DNA of 64,000 nt. Source: Gammaproteobacteria bacterium (GTDB lineage Bacteria > Pseudomonadota > Gammaproteobacteria > CBDBNL01 > JAAOII01). How positions within the stretch are numbered: position 1 is the stretch's first letter; every line of letters begins with the position of its first letter. Below, one piece after another: positions 58,997-64,000 of this stretch. The DNA is taken from NCBI GenBank assembly GCA_965209035.1, contig OZ242372.1, forward strand, positions 736,001 to 800,000. Reading direction: 5' to 3'. The position numbers were made by a program, and so were the translations under genes. The notes under the pieces are model-generated. The model was not told the DNA's origin, made no database searches, and worked only from the letters and a program-made list of their open reading frames with translations.

Positions 58997-59961
58997 TGCA
59001 CTCGCAACCTATTCTCGTTCTCCTTAAACCACTCATATGCCATGCGAATCCCTTCCTTTAAGTTAATGCGATGCTTCCAGCCCAGTTTGTGCAGTCTGGT
59101 CACATCCAAAACCTTCTTCGGTGTCCCGTCCGGCATAGAAGTATCCCAAGTCATCTTCCCGTCATAATCCACAATTTCCTTGATCAGTTCGGCAAGTTCG
59201 CGCACCGATATGTCTTCGCCGCAACCGACATTAATATGCTCGTTCGTCCGATCCCCGGTGTGCAACTTGGCGGCGGGAACATGCATAACAAAAAGAGAGC
59301 CTTCGGCCAGATCTTCGGCATGAATAAATTCCCGCCGCGGCTTTCCGCTCCCCCACAAAACAATCTCCGGCAATCTTTCTTCCTTGGCGCGATGAAACCT
59401 CGCCAACAAGGCGGCCATCACATGGCTGTTTTGCGGATGATAGTTGTCGCGCGGCCCGTAGACATTGGTCGGCATCACGGACCGAAAATCCGTTCCGTAT
59501 TGGCAGTTGTAGGCTTCGCACAACCCTAGCCCCGCTATCTTTGCCAGAGCGTACGGTTTGTTGGTGGGCTCCAAAAAACCGCCAAGCAAGGCGTCTTCCG
59601 TAATCGGTTGCTCGGCGAACTTGGGATAAACGCAAGAACTGCCAAAAAATAGCAAGCGTTTCACATGACTGCGGCGAGATGCCTCTATGACATTCGCCGC
59701 AATCATCAGGTTATCATAAATAAACTCCGCGGGATAAGTGTGATTGGCATAAATACCTCCCACCTTGGCGGCGGACAAAAACACATACTCCGGTTCGGTT
59801 TCGCGAAAGAATGCGTTTGTTTGTGCTTGATTGCGTAAATCTGTGGTCCGTCTGTCAACAATTATGATATTGGTATGCCCGCGTTTTTTTAGCAGATCAC
59901 AAACCGCACCGCCCACCATGCCGGTGGCTCCCGTAACCAAAACTCGGGATTTTCCTTCCAC
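58993..59961 (-). CDS. fcl: GDP-L-fucose synthase
   Basis: AAKVGGI.AN, GSSC.YPK, LEPTN..YA.AK, DGTP.K. Confidence 0.95.
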   Translation of the reverse strand: MEGKSRVLVTGATGMVGGAVCDLLKKRGHTNIIIVDRRTTDLRNQAQTNAFFRETEPEYVFLSAAKVGGIYANHTYPAEFIYDNLMIAANVIEASRRSHVKRLLFFGSSCVYPKFAEQPITEDALLGGFLEPTNKPYALAKIAGLGLCEAYNCQYGTDFRSVMPTNVYGPRDNYHPQNSHVMAALLARFHRAKEERLPEIVLWGSGKPRREFIHAEDLAEGSLFVMHVPAAKLHTGDRTNEHINVGCGEDISVRELAELIKEIVDYDGKMTWDTSMPDGTPKKVLDVTRLHKLGWKHRINLKEGIRMAYEWFKENENRLRVQ

Positions 59962-59991
59962 GATCGCAATTAAAAATTAAAAGAAGCGAAT

Positions 59992-61029
59992 TTACGCAAG
60001 ACTGCGCAACTCGCTCTCAACCATTTCTTCTATCAATTCCTCCAAACTTACCGCGGGTTCCCAACCCAGCTCCCGCTTCGCCTTGGAATAGTCGCCGCGC
60101 AGATTCTCCACCTCTGTCGGGCGGAAATAACGCTCGTCAATGCGGACAACCGTCTTGCCGTTGCTCTTGTTTATACCGATTTCCCGCAGACCTTCTCCCT
60201 CCCAAATGATTTCCATACCGGCACAGGCAAACGCCTGTTCCATGAAAAAACGCACCGTCGCCGAACACCCCGTTGCCAACACAAAATCATCCGGCGTATG
60301 ATGCTGTAACATCAGATACATGCCGCGCACATAGTCGCGCGCATGCCCCCAATCGCGCACGGCACCCAAGTTTCCCATATAAACGCAATCTTTAGACCCT
60401 TTTTTGATACGCGCGACGGCCATGGCAATTTTGCGGGTAACAAAGGTTTCACCGCGCCAAGGAGATTCGTGATTAAATAAAATCCCGCTGGCAACAAACA
60501 TATCGTATGCCTCGCGATAATTAATGGCTATCCAATGGGCAAAACATTTTGACACGGCATAAGGAGAACGCGGGTAAAATGCGGTGCCTTCATTCTGCGG
60601 CGGCGGCGCCGCACCAAACATCTCGCTGGAAGATGCCTGATAAAAACGAACTTCTTTTCCCATTCCGCATGAACGCAACGCAGCCAGCAGTCTGAGCGTC
60701 CCCATACCCACCGTATCCGCGGTATATTCCGGCACATCAAAGGATACGCGCACATGACTCTGGGCGGCCAGGTTGTAGATTTCGGAAGGCTTAACCCGAT
60801 GCAAGATATTCACCGTGGCCATCCCATCGGTGGCATCGCCGTAATGCAAAAACAGTTGTGCGCCCTTCAGATGCGGATCCTTATAAAGTTCGTCTATGCG
60901 GGTGGTATTAATTAACGATGTTCGCCGTTTTATGCCATGCACCTCATAGCCTTTTTCCAGCAAGAGTTTTGCAAGATAATAACCATCCTGACCGGTAATG
61001 CCCGTAATAAGCGCCTTTTTTATTCCCAT
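59992..61029 (-). CDS. gmd: GDP-mannose 4,6-dehydratase
   Basis: ITGITGQDG, AAQSHV, YQASSSE, FNHES, RDWGHA. Confidence 0.97.
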   Translation of the reverse strand: MGIKKALITGITGQDGYYLAKLLLEKGYEVHGIKRRTSLINTTRIDELYKDPHLKGAQLFLHYGDATDGMATVNILHRVKPSEIYNLAAQSHVRVSFDVPEYTADTVGMGTLRLLAALRSCGMGKEVRFYQASSSEMFGAAPPPQNEGTAFYPRSPYAVSKCFAHWIAINYREAYDMFVASGILFNHESPWRGETFVTRKIAMAVARIKKGSKDCVYMGNLGAVRDWGHARDYVRGMYLMLQHHTPDDFVLATGCSATVRFFMEQAFACAGMEIIWEGEGLREIGINKSNGKTVVRIDERYFRPTEVENLRGDYSKAKRELGWEPAVSLEELIEEMVESELRSLA

Positions 61030-61062
61030 GCCTGCAAAAGATATGAATACACTGAGTATGCG

Positions 61063-62403
61063 TTAAGCGGAAAGATGGTTAATTGAAATTGCATCACCTC
61101 CCGCGATGAATTCGGGAGAACGCAAAATAGAACGATGCAACTCCGAGTTACTTTCTATGCCGGCAATGTAAATCTCTTCCAAAGCAGAGCACATCCGCGC
61201 GATAGCCGTCTTGCGCGTGTCGCCGTGAGCTATAATTTTTGCCACCAACGAATCGTAATAAGGCGGGATTGTATAACCGTCATACAAATGCGAATCTACG
61301 CGCACACCGGGCCCTCCCGGCGCGTGGAAATGCGAAACCTTGCCGGGGCTCGGAATAAAATTTTTGTAGTCCTCGGCATTGATGCGGCATTCAATCGCAT
61401 GGCCGCGCATGGTAATGTCTTTTTGTCGAAAAGACAAAGGCTGGCCGCTCGCCACCAGAATCTGCTCTTTCACCAGGTCATATCCCGTCACCATTTCCGT
61501 GACCGGATGCTCCACTTGGATGCGCGTGTTCATTTCTATGAAGTAAAACTGTCCGTTTTCATAAAGAAATTCAAAGGTCCCCGCCCCCAAATACTTAATC
61601 CGTTTACAGGCATCCGCACAGGTCTGTGTGATCTGTTGATAGGCATCCGCATCTATCCCCGGTGCGGGCGCTTCTTCTATCAGTTTTTGATGCCGTCTCT
61701 GAATGGAACAATCGCGTGTCCCAAGATGCACCGCATTTCCGTGTCCATCCGCCATCACCTGAATTTCCACATGACGGGGAGATTGCAAAAATTTTTCCAT
61801 ATAAACGGCGGCATTGCCAAACGCCGCTTTCGCTTCGCTTTGTGTCAGCTCTATGGCCTCGGGTAATTCATCCGCCGCACGGACAACTCGCATCCCTCGG
61901 CCACCGCCACCGGCGACCGCTTTAATAATCACCGGATAACCGATACGATTCGCAATATCCGCATGCTCTTTGTGGTTACCACTCAATTCACCGTCCGAAC
62001 CCGGCACAGTCGGCACGCCCGCTTCTTTCATCGTCGCTATGGCGGAAACCTTGTCGCCCATCGTGCGAATCACATCGGGCGAAGGACCCACAAAAGTATA
62101 ACCGCTGCGCTCCAATTGCTCCGCAAAATCGGCGTTCTCCGCCAAAAACCCGTAGCCGGGATGCACCGCCTCGGCGCCCGTAACCTCACAGGCACTGATG
62201 ATCGCCGCCGTATTTAAGTAACTTTCCGTCGCACTGTTGGGACCAATGCATACGGATTGGTCCGCCATACGCACATGCATCAGTTCTTTATCCGCTTGCG
62301 AGTACACCGCAACGGCGAACACATCAAGTTCTCTGCAGGCGCGCAACACTCTGAGTGCTATTTCACCGCGATTTGCAATCAGCAATCGGTTAAACACGAA
62401 CAC
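61063..62403 (-). CDS. accC: Biotin carboxylase
   Basis: [33 protein letters not shown]. Confidence 0.97.
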   Translation of the reverse strand: MFVFNRLLIANRGEIALRVLRACRELDVFAVAVYSQADKELMHVRMADQSVCIGPNSATESYLNTAAIISACEVTGAEAVHPGYGFLAENADFAEQLERSGYTFVGPSPDVIRTMGDKVSAIATMKEAGVPTVPGSDGELSGNHKEHADIANRIGYPVIIKAVAGGGGRGMRVVRAADELPEAIELTQSEAKAAFGNAAVYMEKFLQSPRHVEIQVMADGHGNAVHLGTRDCSIQRRHQKLIEEAPAPGIDADAYQQITQTCADACKRIKYLGAGTFEFLYENGQFYFIEMNTRIQVEHPVTEMVTGYDLVKEQILVASGQPLSFRQKDITMRGHAIECRINAEDYKNFIPSPGKVSHFHAPGGPGVRVDSHLYDGYTIPPYYDSLVAKIIAHGDTRKTAIARMCSALEEIYIAGIESNSELHRSILRSPEFIAGGDAISINHLSA

Positions 62404-62430
62404 ACCCCGGACAAGATCGCATCCGCTTCT

Positions 62431-62877
62431 TTACTGCAAAATGCAAAGAATCTGATTATATTCCACAGGCGCCGCATTGTCCACCGGTAATTCTTTGACA
62501 ATTCCCGCGCGATCGCTCTTGATCTTATTCAAGGTTTTCATCGCTTCCACAATACAGATTGTATCCCCTTCCTTAATCTGACTGCCGACCTTGACAAACG
62601 GAGCACTGCCGGGAGAGGATGCATTGTAAAAAGTGCCGACCATGGGTGAACGCACGGCATGTCCTTGCATCTCTTCGGGCGATACCTTCCCTGTTTCCGG
62701 TGAGGCCGGTTCCTTCGCAACATGCGCAGGCGGCGGTGTTGCCGCCGCTGCCATAATTGCGCCCCTGCTTTTTCGTTTTACCAGCCTAACGGAAGAGTCC
62801 TTTTCCGTTACTTCCAGTTCATCCAAATCGGATTCTTCAAGAATCAGAATGAGTTGCTTAATTTTTTTTATCTCCAT
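62431..62877 (-). CDS. accB: Biotin carboxyl carrier protein
   Basis: SPMVGTFY, EAMK. Confidence 0.96.
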   Translation of the reverse strand: MEIKKIKQLILILEESDLDELEVTEKDSSVRLVKRKSRGAIMAAAATPPPAHVAKEPASPETGKVSPEEMQGHAVRSPMVGTFYNASSPGSAPFVKVGSQIKEGDTICIVEAMKTLNKIKSDRAGIVKELPVDNAAPVEYNQILCILQ

Positions 62878-62921
62878 TTTTATTTTGTCGTATTATTATC
62901 CGTTACATTCATTGCATTACA

Positions 62922-63368
62922 TTAATTATTTAACTGAATTTCCTTTATGGCAAAACGCAAAGCATACATATAACCGTCAACCCCAAAACCGCAGATCACT
63001 CCTCTGGCAATGTCACTCAAATAAGAGTGATGCCGAAAAGATTCCCGGGCATAGATATTGCTAATATGCACTTCAACGAAAGGCACACCGACTAATTTTA
63101 ACGCATCACGCAAACCGATACTTGTGTGCGTCAATGCGGCCGCATTAATGATGATAAATGCCCAATCCGGCGACGATACCGATTGAATACGGTCTATCAG
63201 ATTTCCTTCACTATTGGACTGAAATACTTCCAGACTGTGTCCCGCGGCCGTCGCAATTCGCCGCAGTTCGCTATTTAAAGCATCCGGCGTTGTCGCGCCA
63301 TAAATTTCGGGCTCTCTCTTTCCCAGAAGGTTCAAGTTTGGTCCGTTAATCACAAGAATTTTTGCCAT
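62922..63368 (-). CDS. aroQ: Type II 3-dehydroquinate dehydratase
   Basis: NGPNLNLLG.REP, EVH.SN..ARE.FRH.S; aroQ-accB-accC order. Confidence 0.96.
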   Translation of the reverse strand: MAKILVINGPNLNLLGKREPEIYGATTPDALNSELRRIATAAGHSLEVFQSNSEGNLIDRIQSVSSPDWAFIIINAAALTHTSIGLRDALKLVGVPFVEVHISNIYARESFRHHSYLSDIARGVICGFGVDGYMYALRFAIKEIQLNN

Positions 63369-63466
63369 CTGTCAATTATTATTACACTCTTTCTATTGTA
63401 TATCATTTTGAATATGCGTTTGACACGCCTTACCCGATTATCCCGCCCCCCTGGCCTTTTAGCCTT

Positions 63467-64000
63467 TTAGCCTTTTGCCCGTTGCATCCCGCCACTCAAA
63501 GAAGAAGCCAAAGAAGAAGCCACATAGCGCGCCAACAGATCCGCTTCCAAATTAACGCCTGTGCCCCGGCAATAATGTTTGGCGATCGTGCGTTTCAAAG
63601 TCATGGGTATCAAACCAACCGAGAACTCGGATGCTGTCACTCTGTTAACCGTCAAACTGATACCATCCACCGCCACACTGCCTTTGACAGCTAACAGACC
63701 GCCTATTTCCGACGGATATTCAATTTCTAGCAGTCTATTCATACCATCCTCTGTCATTTTTTTTATGATGCCCACCCCATCCGCATGGCCGGTAAGATAA
63801 TGACCGCCAAGAGCATCACCCACCCTGAGGGAACCTTCAAGGTTCACTTCGTCACCTTCGGACCATCGCCGGGCGGTGGTAACCGCCAGCGTCTCTGTTC
63901 CAAGTTCAAACAAAATATTTTTCCCTCTCAAATCCAAATCACTCACCGTAAGGCAGATACCGTTGACTGCAATACTGTCACCGGGAACCGGGCTATTTTT
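63467..64000 (-). CDS. ribC: Riboflavin synthase (alpha chain), 5' end outside window
   Basis: GDSIAVNGICLTV, VNLE, GGH..TGH.DG, KGSVAVDGISLTV. Confidence 0.93.
   Translation of the reverse strand, partial: KNSPVPGDSIAVNGICLTVSDLDLRGKNILFELGTETLAVTTARRWSEGDEVNLEGSLRVGDALGGHYLTGHADGVGIIKKMTEDGMNRLLEIEYPSEIGGLLAVKGSVAVDGISLTVNRVTASEFSVGLIPMTLKRTIAKHYCRGTGVNLEADLLARYVASSLASSLSGGMQRAKG

Noticed and set aside
1-64000. rRNA, tRNA, riboswitch (e.g. TPP before thiE), prophage or defence systems
   Set aside because: None recognised by eye, and thiE overlaps the upstream gene, leaving no leader. An Infernal or tRNAscan run would be needed to exclude small RNAs.

Overview
Bacterial chromosome window; the housekeeping genes are gammaproteobacterial in type, and an FN3/TSP3 lipoprotein plus scrambled synteny hint at a host-associated lineage (inference). 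Left end: an IS1634-family transposase (1762 to <1, missed by the ORF track because it runs off the window) that has cut off the 3' end of the lipoprotein gene, then an IS481-like remnant. 3.1-16.8 kb: an unassigned catabolic island with a split Liv-type ABC transporter, SDR, CitE-like lyase, enolase-superfamily enzyme, MenB/BadI-like crotonase, acyl-CoA ligase, a DUF1907/C11orf54-like Zn enzyme (mainly known from eukaryotes), PanE-like reductase and MhpD-like hydratase. The rest is rearranged core genome: def-fmt-rsmB, yejEF, ybgC-tolQRAB without pal, ruvB, sucCD, lpdA, hom, dsbC, rpsP-rimM-trmD-rplS, guaB, nadA, orphan rnfA, serA/serB, thiDE, tadA, guaA, gmd/fcl, accBC, aroQ, ribC. Embedded in it are (i) a kexin-like S8 lipoprotein protease with no propeptide plus a separately encoded candidate trans-acting prodomain, (ii) a coupled pair of Rieske-fused enzymes (FMN glutamate-synthase-like and TPP-dependent), and (iii) a glycosyltransferase cluster with a tandem duplication. 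Short tandem duplications are pervasive and often copy start or stop codons. No rRNA, tRNA, CRISPR or prophage was recognised.
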